DNA of 29,348 nucleotides from a virus: UHGV virus genome UHGV-0299458; one strand, 5' to 3'. Shown piece by piece: positions 9,457 to 17,977 of this stretch (position 1 is its first letter; each line of letters starts with the position of its first letter). The notes under the pieces were generated by a model. It saw only the letters and a program-made list of their open reading frames with translations, ran no database searches and was not told where the DNA came from. The position numbers and the translations under genes were made by a program.

Positions 9457-11368
9457 TCACTCCTCCGGACAGCTTCGCTGCCAGTTCTTTAAGGGTTGGC
9501 CGGGTCGTCTCTTCTTCCCGGGATTTTGCCAGTACAGCCAGATCAAGCTGCCAGCGTTGCACGGACACACGTAATGCCGCGTAGGCATACACCAGGCAGT
9601 CCAGCGCTTCGTTACGCCGCTTTTTGTTATCCCACAGCAGACGCATCTTTCCTTTTTCCCACTTCTCCACAAGCTCTTCCGCGACCAGTTGCTGCGCCTC
9701 TGTCTGCGAAAAAATCTCCGGATCATCAGGAAAACGGATGGCATACGACGTGGCTTCATCCGCAGGCGTGGGCTCGGCTTTCATACGGGCATAGAGAATT
9801 TCTTTTGCGGTGTCCGTCCCCACTTCACACAGATAAACGCCCCGCTGATTGCGGGTTTTCGGCATGGTGATCACCGGCTTGCCATAGACAGACGCGCCTT
9901 TTACCGGCAGCACACGGAAAACACCGTGTTTTTTTGACCTCTGGTAGACGATTTCACCATCGATCCCCCCGGTGTCCCAGCAGACACGGGAAATGGTCAT
10001 TTCGGTGCCATCCGCATGGCGGTATTTTTTGTTGATCGCCGCATCCACACGTAACAGCGTCTCTTCCTCATCAGGACGCCCCATAATGATGATTTTATCC
10101 ACCAGAAAAGCTTCCTCTCCCGGTGCCCATCCCCAGACATACATCTCAAAACGGTTTCGCTGCGAGTCAATGCCCGCCGTCAGATAAACCACCCGGGCAG
10201 GCACCGCCGCCGTGTAATGCACGACCTTATCCATCAGTACCTGGTGATCGAGTTTTTCGCCCACGGCCTCTTCCCAGGTCTCGCCCAGCGTGGTGTTCAC
10301 AAAGGTTTTCAGGCCGTTGGGATCTTTCAGTGCATCCAGCCAGTCATAGACTATCTGTACCCAGGTGGTGAATGGACTGTACGCTGTCCAGATATGGAAC
10401 GTGATGGAGCGCGGCGGCGGAATTTCATTATCCGCGGCGCTGAAAAACGTCAGACCGTCACGGGTCCACATCCCCGTGTTTTCACAGATCCACCGCCCGT
10501 TGCTCTGGTCAAGCTCAGACTGATGGATCACGCAGCCATGATGTTCACAGAGGTAGAAAACGCTTTCGGGGCTGTCCTTCTCCCATTTAAGGCCAAAAGG
10601 CGTGGATTCATCGCCAAATTTCAGATACTGCTCCTCCCCACAGTGTGGGCAGGGCACATAAAAACGCATGAAATGCGCCGACTCGTTGGCCGCTTTTTCG
10701 ATCTGGCAGGTGCCTTTGATTTTAGGCGTCGAGCCGCGAATGGATTTGGGCCATACAGAGCCCTCAATACGTTTATCCCCAAGCAGGGTTGGCGAACCCT
10801 CTTTTTCGACATCCGGTTCGAACGAGGAAAGTTCGTCATAGCAGACCACGTCCACGGATTTTTCACGGTAGTTTTTGGCGGCAGCGCCGCCCAGGCACCA
10901 GAAGCCCACACCCGATGAAAAGCGTTTCAGCGTGAGAGTATTGTCACGATGTTTACGCCCCAGCCATGGAGAAAGTTTTTTCAGGCAGGGAACATCCCGA
11001 ATCGTCGCCTCCACGTGAGACTTCATAAAATCTTCAGCGGCAGAATCCGTGGGCTGAAAAAGCAGACTGTTTCGGGATTTATGCTCAATAAAATACCCGA
11101 CCACCCCCAGCAACATCTTTGTATAGCCAACACGGGCAGATTTAATCAGATTAACAGTCCGGATCTGATCATTCCCCATGCTGTTCATGATGGCGATCTG
11201 GAACGGCAGCGTTTTCCATTCTCCCTCACCATATGAAGATTCTTTAGGCAGATAATAATTTTGATCAGCCCATTCAACTGGCGTCACCGGCAATGCCCTT
11301 ATCAGGGGCTGTAATGCTGTTGTGACAGCACTCATCATATTATTCAGTTGTTGCTCTGATATATTCAT
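9440..11368 (-). CDS. A: Terminase large subunit A
   Basis: Strong match to lambda gpA (MNISEQQ..., VEWADQNYYLPKESSYGEGEWKTLPFQ, HFMRFYVPCPHCGEEQYLKFGD, TAYSPFTTWVQIV). Start placed at MNIS (11366-11368) by analogy with lambda; the ORF track extends to 11425. Confidence 0.93.
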   Translation of the reverse strand: MNISEQQLNNMMSAVTTALQPLIRALPVTPVEWADQNYYLPKESSYGEGEWKTLPFQIAIMNSMGNDQIRTVNLIKSARVGYTKMLLGVVGYFIEHKSRNSLLFQPTDSAAEDFMKSHVEATIRDVPCLKKLSPWLGRKHRDNTLTLKRFSSGVGFWCLGGAAAKNYREKSVDVVCYDELSSFEPDVEKEGSPTLLGDKRIEGSVWPKSIRGSTPKIKGTCQIEKAANESAHFMRFYVPCPHCGEEQYLKFGDESTPFGLKWEKDSPESVFYLCEHHGCVIHQSELDQSNGRWICENTGMWTRDGLTFFSAADNEIPPPRSITFHIWTAYSPFTTWVQIVYDWLDALKDPNGLKTFVNTTLGETWEEAVGEKLDHQVLMDKVVHYTAAVPARVVYLTAGIDSQRNRFEMYVWGWAPGEEAFLVDKIIIMGRPDEEETLLRVDAAINKKYRHADGTEMTISRVCWDTGGIDGEIVYQRSKKHGVFRVLPVKGASVYGKPVITMPKTRNQRGVYLCEVGTDTAKEILYARMKAEPTPADEATSYAIRFPDDPEIFSQTEAQQLVAEELVEKWEKGKMRLLWDNKKRRNEALDCLVYAYAALRVSVQRWQLDLAVLAKSREEETTRPTLKELAAKLSGGVNGYSR

Positions 11369-11849
11369 CGAGTAAATCCGGTAATTTATCCCCCGCCCGC
11401 GCACACTGATTTGCCCCCTTCGCAATAAGGGTTTTCAGATGGTCAAGATGGCGCGGTGTTAAATCAGGAAACTGTCGCTGCATGGATAAAGGGATGGAAT
11501 CAAGCGTACTGGATAACGCCATTGCCAGCTTGCTGAGAGCAAAAATACAGAACCCGGTATCAATAAGTTTTCCTTTTGACACCTCATTTTTTAACTGCTG
11601 TGTAACAGCCTGTTCTGCTGTCAGTTCCCATCTGGCAATAAGCAATTTCTCCTCATAGTCGTCTTCGCTATCGCCATCAGGCACATCGTTTTTACTTCTT
11701 CTCAGATACGATATGTAAAAATCGCGCCAGGCATCCAGATCCAGTTGCCCTCGCTTATTCGATATCGGGGCACCCGGCAATTTCTGCAATCTGCGAAGCT
11801 GGCGATCGGTCAGACTTAAATGCCTGGCAACTTCAGTCTGCGTAGCCAC
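11340..11849 (-). CDS. Nu1: Terminase small subunit Nu1
   Basis: 169-aa ORF with N-terminal HTH-like segment and C-terminal similarity to lambda Nu1 (...TGFCIFALSKLA...LDSIPLSMQRQFPDL..RH.D.LK); sits immediately cos-proximal and overlaps the A start. Confidence 0.85.
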   Translation of the reverse strand: MATQTEVARHLSLTDRQLRRLQKLPGAPISNKRGQLDLDAWRDFYISYLRRSKNDVPDGDSEDDYEEKLLIARWELTAEQAVTQQLKNEVSKGKLIDTGFCIFALSKLAMALSSTLDSIPLSMQRQFPDLTPRHLDHLKTLIAKGANQCARAGDKLPDLLDEYIRATTE

Positions 11850-12009
11850 TCCTCACCTCGCAAAAACTCTCACTTCACAATCACAACAAAACCGGTCATG
11901 TCCGGCTTACATGTCTATTTTTTGTGCATGCCCGGTTCACAGAAGACCTCTTTTTTTATTTTTCATATAGTTAACTTGAAGAGAAACCGGACATGGTTCC
12001 CGGAAAATT

Positions 12010-12045
12010 TTCATAAATAGCGAAAACCCGCGAGGTCGCCGCCCC
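12010..12045 (-). other. cos site (cosN cohesive-end sequence at about 12033..12044, with cosB between it and Nu1)
   Basis: Reverse complement of 12011-12045 is ACGGGGCGGCGACCTCGCGGGTTTTCGCTATTTATGAAAATTTTCCGG, matching the lambda cos region including the 12-nt GGGCGGCGACCT cohesive end; lies ~185 bp upstream of Nu1 as in lambda. Confidence 0.85.
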
Positions 12046-12192
12046 GTAACCTGTTGGATCGACGGAAAGGACCCGAAAACGAGAATAATTATCACTTACA
12101 GCAAGAATCGAATCTGATCTATTATGGTGCTTGCTATTATGTGCCGGCACAAGTGCGTCGTTTACCGTCATTTCACACAGAGGCATCATCAA

Positions 12193-12444
12193 ATGAAAAT
12201 CAGAAATATTCTCGCTATCTCCCTTGCAACATCATCCTTCAGTTGCCTGGCATTTAAATCCTCGCCCAATGTGCTACCAGGACCAACGAATCAACTAACT
12301 GCGGTAGAAAGTAAAATTATCGGACATTTTTATGCCCCACACAGTGCATTACCCGGAACAACCATCACAGGGACATGTGACGCCTCCCCCGTCCCGGGAT
12401 GCACCTGTCCGTTTTGTACTATGCTGCGTAGCCAAAACCGATAA
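12193..12444 (+). CDS. Small predicted secreted Cys-rich protein (84 aa), family not recognised
   Basis: ATG at 12193 preceded by AGAGG; N-terminal signal-peptide-like MKIRNILAISLATSSFSCLA; C-terminal CDASPVPGCTCPFC. Opposite strand to the late operon, in the cos-proximal cargo region. Confidence 0.4.
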   Translation: MKIRNILAISLATSSFSCLAFKSSPNVLPGPTNQLTAVESKIIGHFYAPHSALPGTTITGTCDASPVPGCTCPFCTMLRSQNR

Positions 12445-12505
12445 CATCCGCATTTACCTGGTATTACATGATGAGTTCACGCAGCGACTGATAGAGGAAG
12501 GAAAG

Positions 12506-12685
12506 ATGGTTAGTAAAAGCAAGGCGCATTGCCGCCGCATGCTGCAGGCATTGCAACAGACGAGAGCAGGTATTTTTGACCAGTTGGAAAACTGCCAGCA
12601 TACTTTGCCCGAGTATATCGCCATCTCATCGGAAACCAGTGCAACTCTTATTCATCGGGTTCCACCAGAGAAAAAGAAGAAATGA
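12506..12685 (+). CDS. Small basic protein (59 aa), hypothetical
   Basis: ATG at 12506 preceded by GAGGAAGGAAAG; MVSKSKAHCRRMLQALQQTRAGIFDQLENCQHTLPEY...; followed by a hairpin. Confidence 0.35.
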   Translation: MVSKSKAHCRRMLQALQQTRAGIFDQLENCQHTLPEYIAISSETSATLIHRVPPEKKKK

Positions 12686-12691
12686 ACAGTG

Positions 12692-12718
12692 AGGCGTTGT
12701 GTGGCATACAACGCCTTC
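12692..12718. terminator. Hairpin between convergent genes (possible bidirectional terminator)
   Basis: aggcgttgt-gtggcat-acaacgcct: 9-bp perfect stem, 7-nt loop; no strong U-run, so weak as an intrinsic terminator. Confidence 0.3.
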
Positions 12719-12807
12719 TTCCATCATTCCTCGTCAGCCATGACAAAAATATAACCGCTGGCTCTTTCATTTTTCTCCTGCGTCCAGCCCCTCTCTACCT
12801 GGAAGCA

Positions 12808-13134
12808 TCAAGGACGTGACGGCGTAAAGATAAATTGTCTCTTCACTCCCTGACAGGGGCGATTCTTTTCAAATCGCCATTTCGCCATGGCCTTCACCAC
12901 TTCATCACGAAACAAATTATGAGGCTCTGAGCGGAGAAAAACGATCCGTGTCACAGTCCCATCAGCACCAATATCGAACTTAACCTCAACCAGCCCCTTG
13001 ATATAATTTGCTGCAGCATATTCCGGATATCGTGGATACACCGTCACTAATTGCCGGGGCTCATCAGCTTTTTGCTGCGAGCATCCCACTGCCAGGACAG
13101 ATAACAGAAAAAGTAGTAAAAGGCGTCTTTTCAT
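12808..13134 (-). CDS. Lipoprotein with TonB C-terminal-like domain (cargo gene)
   Basis: Start at ATG 13132-13134 (RBS AGGAA); lipoprotein signal MKRRLLLLFLLSVLAVGC-S; remainder YPEYAAANYIKGLVEVKFDIGADGTVTRIVFLRSEPHNLFRDEVVKAMAKWRF fits the TonB C-terminal domain pattern (YP...EG.V.V.F.V..DG.V...I..S.P...F...V..A...WRF). Confidence 0.7.
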   Translation of the reverse strand: MKRRLLLLFLLSVLAVGCSQQKADEPRQLVTVYPRYPEYAAANYIKGLVEVKFDIGADGTVTRIVFLRSEPHNLFRDEVVKAMAKWRFEKNRPCQGVKRQFIFTPSRP

Positions 13135-13445
13135 TTTTATTCCTACGGGTCTTATTCTGACAATATATCCTGTGTTCCAGACTGCCACATCACCACATCC
13201 TGTGCCATTATCTGACTCACATTACATACATCGCATCGGGATACAGTAGTAGCACTTTCTGTAATACAGCTTCCTGTTTCTTCCACCATCGCACCGGGAT
13301 AAACCCGCGAATCATTAACGCGGTAAAAAACCCGGTGTGCATCGTTTTTAATTATCCCCGCACACTCGCGCAGAGGAGTCTCCCTGTCGGGCTGCGGTCT
13401 CTGTTAATGAGGGAATATAGCGACGATACGGCGCATCAACAAAAC

Positions 13446-13919
13446 TTATTTCAGGCACTGAGTGCGGATATAGTCCTGTGCCCCTTCCAGTTGCTTGTGC
13501 ATCGTCATCAGCCGCTCTCTGAGGGTGAAATAATCCCGTGTAACGGTGTCTGCCAGTTGGGGGCCGGTTGCATTATCCACGCCGGAGGTGGTGGGGGCTT
13601 CACGCACGGAGCCTGGACAGGTGGCGTTGATCCGCAGGCGCTTACGACCAGCGGCAACGTCAGCGCGAAGAGTTTCATTTTCAGTTCTCGCATCGGCTAA
13701 TTCCCTCGAGTATTTTGCATCGAGCGCAGCAACATCGCGCTGGCGCACCTGCATATCAGTAATGGTTGCGTTCGCCAGCTTCAGTTCACTGGCTTTGTTA
13801 TCGCGCTGCGCTTTGTAGGTAATCGCGTTATCACGGTAATGGTCTGTTGCCATCCACAGCGCACCACAGGCCACCAGCAGAATAACGATAAACGCGGAAA
13901 GCATTCGGTTTATGTTCAC
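13446..13919 (-). CDS. Rz: Spanin inner-membrane subunit Rz (i-spanin)
   Basis: 157-aa ORF with N-terminal TM and ...[51 protein letters not shown]...[24 protein letters not shown] matching lambda Rz. Confidence 0.92.
   Translation of the reverse strand: MNINRMLSAFIVILLVACGALWMATDHYRDNAITYKAQRDNKASELKLANATITDMQVRQRDVAALDAKYSRELADARTENETLRADVAAGRKRLRINATCPGSVREAPTTSGVDNATGPQLADTVTRDYFTLRERLMTMHKQLEGAQDYIRTQCLK
13508..13678 (-). CDS. Rz1: Spanin outer-membrane lipoprotein Rz1 (o-spanin), embedded in the +1 frame of Rz
   Basis: [54 protein letters not shown] matches lambda Rz1 including the lipobox and Pro-rich segment; the ORF track starts 5 codons earlier (13693). Confidence 0.85.
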   Translation of the reverse strand: MKLFALTLPLVVSACGSTPPVQAPCVKPPPPPAWIMQPAPNWQTPLHGIISPSESG

Positions 13920-14047
13920 CCCAGCAACCCCGACGAAGACAACATCATCCAGGCCATGGAAAGAAAAAGAGCAACCAGCATTAGTGAAAATGAAATGCCG
14001 ACAATTACACAGAGGATCTTCGCCAGCGTTATGAGTTTGTCTGACAT
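13916..14047 (-). CDS. Small single-pass membrane protein (43 aa), hypothetical
   Basis: ATG at 14045-14047 with strong AGGGAGGA Shine-Dalgarno; [43 protein letters not shown]; stop overlaps the Rz ATG (ATGA coupling). Confidence 0.5.
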   Translation of the reverse strand: MSDKLITLAKILCVIVGISFSLMLVALFLSMAWMMLSSSGLLG

Positions 14048-14061
14048 GCTTAATCCTCCCT

Positions 14062-14244
14062 TCACGATTTCAACGCAATGACCAGTTTTGCCAGCCCATA
14101 CAGCATCGGGGACACAGCAACACCGACCGCCACCCACTTAATGGCAAAAGCCAGTGCTCTGCTGATGTCATCAGTTACAGGCGCTTTCAGTTCAAGGCCA
14201 TTTTTCATAGTCAACCTCAACAGAATTCGTTTACACTTCGCCAT
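14062..14244 (-). CDS. Small membrane protein (60 aa; alternative start at 14208 gives 48 aa), hypothetical
   Basis: RBS-preceded ATGs at 14244 (AAGGGAGA) and 14208 (GAGG); C-terminal hydrophobic helix [22 protein letters not shown]. Confidence 0.45.
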   Translation of the reverse strand: MAKCKRILLRLTMKNGLELKAPVTDDISRALAFAIKWVAVGVAVSPMLYGLAKLVIALKS

Positions 14245-14400
14245 GTTCTCCCTTGCCTTACTCAAGGTCAGAAACACAAAACCTCGCTTGGTGCCAACAA
14301 ACGGGGTTTTTACTTTTATTCACTTACGTTTCGCCAGTTCGCAGGATTTCGTGTTATCCGCCCGCGTGGCCATTCCTCATTTTTCAGCAAAATATTCTGC

Positions 14401-14934
14401 TTATCTGTCGATACCCCAGCACGCCAGCGCGCTCTCCTGGTCACGACGGGATACCTGACCGTAACAGTTGTTTGAACGAATACGGCAGTCTCTGCCACCG
14501 TCCTTAATCCACCAGCGAATCGCTTCGCAGGCACCTTTTCGATCACCAGCATTAATTCGTCTGTAAAACGTCGACGGGAAACACTTACCGGGACCAATGT
14601 TGTACGGACAGAATGACGCGATCCCCGCTTTCTGGGGTTCGGTCAGCGGCACTCTGATGTTTTTCTCCACCCACGCCAGCGCTTTATCACGCTCAATGGC
14701 GTTAACCTGGTCGCATTTTTCCTTCGACAACTTCATGCCCGGAACGACAGGTTTGCCATCCACCATGATGGCACCACGGCAGATGGTCCAGATACCTGCA
14801 CCATCACGGTATGCTGTGGTGTGCTTGCCTTCCTTTTCATCCAGAAACTGGTCGAGAATGTCAGGCGCAGGCGCACCAGCGGCAATCAGCGCCAGAACGG
14901 CAGCCGACAGGCCGTATTTGATTTTGGTGTTCAT
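14401..14934 (-). CDS. R: SAR endolysin (T4-lysozyme-like muramidase with N-terminal signal-anchor-release domain)
   Basis: N-terminal Gly/Ala-rich weakly hydrophobic segment YGLSAAVLALIAAGAPA, then lysozyme core (...YRDGAGIWTICRG..., ...RRINAGDRKGACEAIRWW...) resembling phage 21 R. Confidence 0.9.
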   Translation of the reverse strand: MNTKIKYGLSAAVLALIAAGAPAPDILDQFLDEKEGKHTTAYRDGAGIWTICRGAIMVDGKPVVPGMKLSKEKCDQVNAIERDKALAWVEKNIRVPLTEPQKAGIASFCPYNIGPGKCFPSTFYRRINAGDRKGACEAIRWWIKDGGRDCRIRSNNCYGQVSRRDQESALACWGIDR

Positions 14935-14970
14935 GGATATATTAAATATTCAGCCGCTGTCCCTGGCCCA

Positions 14971-15864
14971 CTAAATACGCACTTTAAGATAAGTCAGCCC
15001 CGGATGAAGCCAGTAAGCCGGCACTTTTTTAAAGGGTGGAGTATTAAAATCACGAAGAAGAGCCTCCCGCACAATTGCATCCTTATCAGCACCACTGGCC
15101 AGCGCTTCAATCTCAGCAGCTACCTGCAGATATCCCATGCAACGGCCAACGCGCTTCATCAGCCCCTGCTTTTTATTGTTCTTCAGGTAATCAATGGCAA
15201 ATTCAATGAGCTCCTCACTGTGCTGGTGCGATGGAGGTGTTACTTTCCCATTTTCTGAGATGGTTATTTTCCCAGCATCACCGGATACAACAAAGGATGG
15301 CCGGTTACACTCCCATTCCGGGTCACTGAAATTATCATTATGAATACTGAAACACTCTGCGAGATTTCTGCTCATCACTTTCCGACAATAATCGTCAAAC
15401 GCAGCAAACTGCTTTTCATCGCCAGAAGGCACCAATATCGACCATTTCTTATTCAGCTCAACGACGTAGCTCTCCAGTTTTTCAATACGTGATTCAACAT
15501 CATCTTTTTCTGACCGCAGTGTTGACGGCGGCATCTTCAGAGAACAAGTAATTCTTCCCGGTAGCTTTCCTTTGTAGGTTATCAACACATCCTGCGCCTC
15601 TAAAATTACGGGGCGCTTTTCCGGCAACGGACCATCCCCTTCACATAACCCGGCAGCAACATCCATGAAAAACTGCTTCGCCTGCTTTTTCGCCTCAGCT
15701 TCGTAAAACTCCAGCGTGGCACCTTCAGTACGGTCAAGACTAATCGCCACATCTGGCAACAACAGCGACGCTTGCCCGTCACCTTCCGGCTTCACAGTAA
15801 CAGTAACCTTATCCCCGTAATTATTTATCCCCTTAACAACCAGTTCATATTTTTTATTCATCAC
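14971..15864 (-). CDS. Hypothetical protein, 297 aa, no recognisable family; inserted between pinholin and endolysin
   Basis: Long ORF with Shine-Dalgarno (GGGGAGAG) and ATG 1 nt after the holin stop; no TM or signal peptide; composition visibly more AT-rich than flanking lysis genes. Confidence 0.75.
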   Translation of the reverse strand: MMNKKYELVVKGINNYGDKVTVTVKPEGDGQASLLLPDVAISLDRTEGATLEFYEAEAKKQAKQFFMDVAAGLCEGDGPLPEKRPVILEAQDVLITYKGKLPGRITCSLKMPPSTLRSEKDDVESRIEKLESYVVELNKKWSILVPSGDEKQFAAFDDYCRKVMSRNLAECFSIHNDNFSDPEWECNRPSFVVSGDAGKITISENGKVTPPSHQHSEELIEFAIDYLKNNKKQGLMKRVGRCMGYLQVAAEIEALASGADKDAIVREALLRDFNTPPFKKVPAYWLHPGLTYLKVRI

Positions 15865-15865
15865 T

Positions 15866-16081
15866 TTACTCTCCCCGCGCCGCCTTACGCCGGTCCTCTT
15901 TGATTTTGAAATACAGGTTAGTCAGATATGTCAGCAGCCCAAACAGCAGACTCCCCAGCACGCCTATTGCCGCCCACTGAGACGGGGAAACCCTGTCCAG
16001 CAACTGCAGGAACCAGTAGCCCGTTCCCACCGCTGACGTGGTGTATGACACACCTGTTGTGATTTTTTCCATCTGGTACAT
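15866..16081 (-). CDS. S: Pinholin, phage-21 S family, with dual-start motif M-Y-Q-M
   Basis: [71 protein letters not shown] (71 aa) closely resembles the S21 pinholin as recalled; the upstream in-frame extension to 16186 is judged non-coding. Confidence 0.88.
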   Translation of the reverse strand: MYQMEKITTGVSYTTSAVGTGYWFLQLLDRVSPSQWAAIGVLGSLLFGLLTYLTNLYFKIKEDRRKAARGE

Positions 16082-16230
16082 ACCCCGTCTCCCGTTATCC
16101 GGAAGCTGACAACAATAAAAAAGCCACCAGTTAAGTACTGATGGCTCTGATAACTCATGCAGGCGTCTCAGACGACCCACTGACACTACCGGTGAGTTTA
16201 ACGATACCTTCCATTTGACTGGCTCACTTT

Positions 16231-16392
16231 TTATGATGATGCCGGTGCATTTATCTCCAGCACCAGACTTTCCATCTCAACGCCATACGTTGCATTTTTG
16301 GTAATATCCGTCAGCGTCAGTGCATTTAGTCCCACTGCCAGACCGTCTTTTATGGCCTGGAATGCCGGGCCAGTACGATGACGTAGTATCAC
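16231..16392 (-). CDS. Possible small protein (53 aa) with GTG start overlapping the stop of the upstream gene
   Basis: GTGA start/stop overlap at 16389-16392; frame reads (V)[52 protein letters not shown]; no family recognised. Confidence 0.3.
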   Translation of the reverse strand: MILRHRTGPAFQAIKDGLAVGLNALTLTDITKNATYGVEMESLVLEINAPASS

Positions 16393-16577
16393 TCCGGCTC
16401 AGTTGCACCACTGACCACCACATCACCTTCTGCTGCAATCGCCTGCATCAGGGTATAAGGGGTTATGGCCACCGGACTACCAAACGGCTGCCAGCCCTCT
16501 TTCAGTTTATGTGTCAGCTTTTCCGCAAGATCTGACGGCGACGCCGCCCTGACAACATCATAGTGTTTAAATGCCAT
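16389..16577 (-). CDS. Small phage protein, probably DUF1737-type
   Basis: MAFKHYDVVRAASPSDLAEKLTHKLKEGWQPFGSPVAITPY...; such small proteins commonly sit between Q and the holin in lambdoid prophages; start chosen at the RBS-preceded ATG 16575-16577. Confidence 0.6.
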   Translation of the reverse strand: MAFKHYDVVRAASPSDLAEKLTHKLKEGWQPFGSPVAITPYTLMQAIAAEGDVVVSGATEPE

Positions 16578-16837
16578 GGTTCTTTCCACCATCTGAAAAA
16601 TGATTCTTTAAAATACCTGACATGTAATACAGAAAAAACACAAAACCATACCTTAATTAAAAACCTCATCATCAAGCAGATATGCATGGATAAACTACAA
16701 GACGAGATATAAACCACCCTGCATTTAAATAAACAATAAACAACATCAGAAAAATAATTCTGCTCTATGGTTTACAATCAAAAATATCATTTATACTTTT
16801 CAGAACATCACCAGCAAGGCATAAACAAGGAAACTAA

Positions 16838-17173
16838 ATGAAGTGGATTGTGATTGATACAGTTATCCAGCCATCATGCGGAATATCTTTTTCAGTCATA
16901 TGGAGTAAAATAAAATTAATAATCTGGTATCAATCGGATGCTTTCTTACCTCCTGAAAGTATATTTACACTGACTCACACAGGCATCATGCTCAATAACA
17001 AAGTGCTGCCTGTAACCATTTACAACGTAGTACCATTCAATAAAACATTCTGGAATTTAATCAAAAACAGCCAGGAATGCCCTACAAATACAGATAACGT
17101 ATTGAATGAATGCTTTAATAACCGTTGCACTCTGCAAATATGTCCTTATGGGCTAAAACAACAAAGTCCATAA
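16838..17173 (+). CDS. Hypothetical protein (111 aa) in AT-rich cargo island
   Basis: ATG 16838 preceded by AAGGAAAC; upstream AT-rich region with TTTACA-17 nt-TACTTT promoter-like elements; Cys-containing, no family recognised; opposite strand to late operon. Confidence 0.4.
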   Translation: MKWIVIDTVIQPSCGISFSVIWSKIKLIIWYQSDAFLPPESIFTLTHTGIMLNNKVLPVTIYNVVPFNKTFWNLIKNSQECPTNTDNVLNECFNNRCTLQICPYGLKQQSP

Positions 17174-17207
17174 GGAGTTTACTCACATCTGACAAAATCA
17201 ATATAAA

Positions 17208-17229
17208 CAGCCCCTCCGGAGAGGGGCTG
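17208..17229. terminator. GC-rich hairpin, probable bidirectional terminator between convergent cargo genes
   Basis: cagcccctc-cgga-gaggggctg: 9-bp perfect stem; T-rich run follows on the minus strand. Confidence 0.35.
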
Positions 17230-17620
17230 GAGAGTGGCGCTATGTGCCATTGCATGGTGCCGGGTGCCTCCCGGTGAATTCAGTACCAGCACCTGAATCC
17301 GCGATTATCCCATATACCTACTCGCTGATTGCCCCTCCGCACAGGGGGATTCACCATGCCAGTTTCTTTTAACAAACTCCCCGCAAACCAGACAACAGTC
17401 AACCGCCTGAATTGTGAAGTATTTAAAAATTTCTCCCGCTAACTGATACCCGGCTAACAGTCTGGCGTTTTCTTTTTCAGCAACGGGAAAGCAGCAACCA
17501 CCACACCCGCCACCAGCACACCGTCAGCCAGCACTGACATTATCCGGCTGCTGCAATGCCATTCACAAAAACAGTAAGCAATCACTTTTTACCGTAACCG
17601 GTGATAATCCAGATATGTAT

Positions 17621-17977
17621 CTACCCCAGATGAGTAATCCGAAGTTCATCCATACCACAGGTCCTGGCTATTCTGTTGTACTCCTGAACAAGAGCAAATA
17701 ATTCTGAATTAGCCACCATGAACTCATCGCAAACCCTCTGTATAGCATCACTATTCAGAATAATAACGTCTCTTCCCGAAAGACGATCAGGAGTACAGAA
17801 CAAAACTGTCAAACGGCTGAAGGCCTTTGCTCGTTCTGCATTGACTATATCAATACGCTGCCTAAGGATGAAACACCCCGACGCCTCATCAATATTCACT
17901 CTACCCACACCATATGAATGATAAATATTTAATGCTGAAAAAACCATTAGACCGTATAACAAACACTCAATCAACAC
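17621..17977 (-). CDS. Hypothetical protein (118 aa, or 108 aa from the internal ATG) directly downstream of the tRNA cluster
   Basis: ORF with non-ATG start per the ORF track, internal ATG at ~17944-17946; AT-rich promoter-like region upstream; no family recognised. Occupies the position taken by stxA in Stx phages. Confidence 0.45.
   Translation of the reverse strand: MLIECLLYGLMVFSALNIYHSYGVGRVNIDEASGCFILRQRIDIVNAERAKAFSRLTVLFCTPDRLSGRDVIILNSDAIQRVCDEFMVANSELFALVQEYNRIARTCGMDELRITHLG

Noticed and set aside
213-11236. Numerous plus-strand ORFs of 60-230 aa across the structural region (for example 213..791, 1540..2223, 7033..7656, 8267..8773, 10217..10918)
   Set aside because: They lie antisense to well-supported lambda-like genes on the minus strand, lack convincing RBS, and have low-complexity Arg/Pro/Ser-rich translations typical of shadow ORFs in GC-rich coding DNA.
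11369-11425. N-terminal 19-codon extension of the terminase large subunit ORF
   Set aside because: Lambda gpA begins MNIS...; the window has the same MNIS start at 11368, overlapping the Nu1 end as in lambda.
15866-16186. 106-aa long form of the holin ORF starting at 16186
   Set aside because: The phage-21-type pinholin is ~71 aa with a dual-start M-Y-Q-M motif. The upstream 35 codons are not hydrophobic and the RBS sits before the internal start, so the extension is treated as an open-frame artefact.
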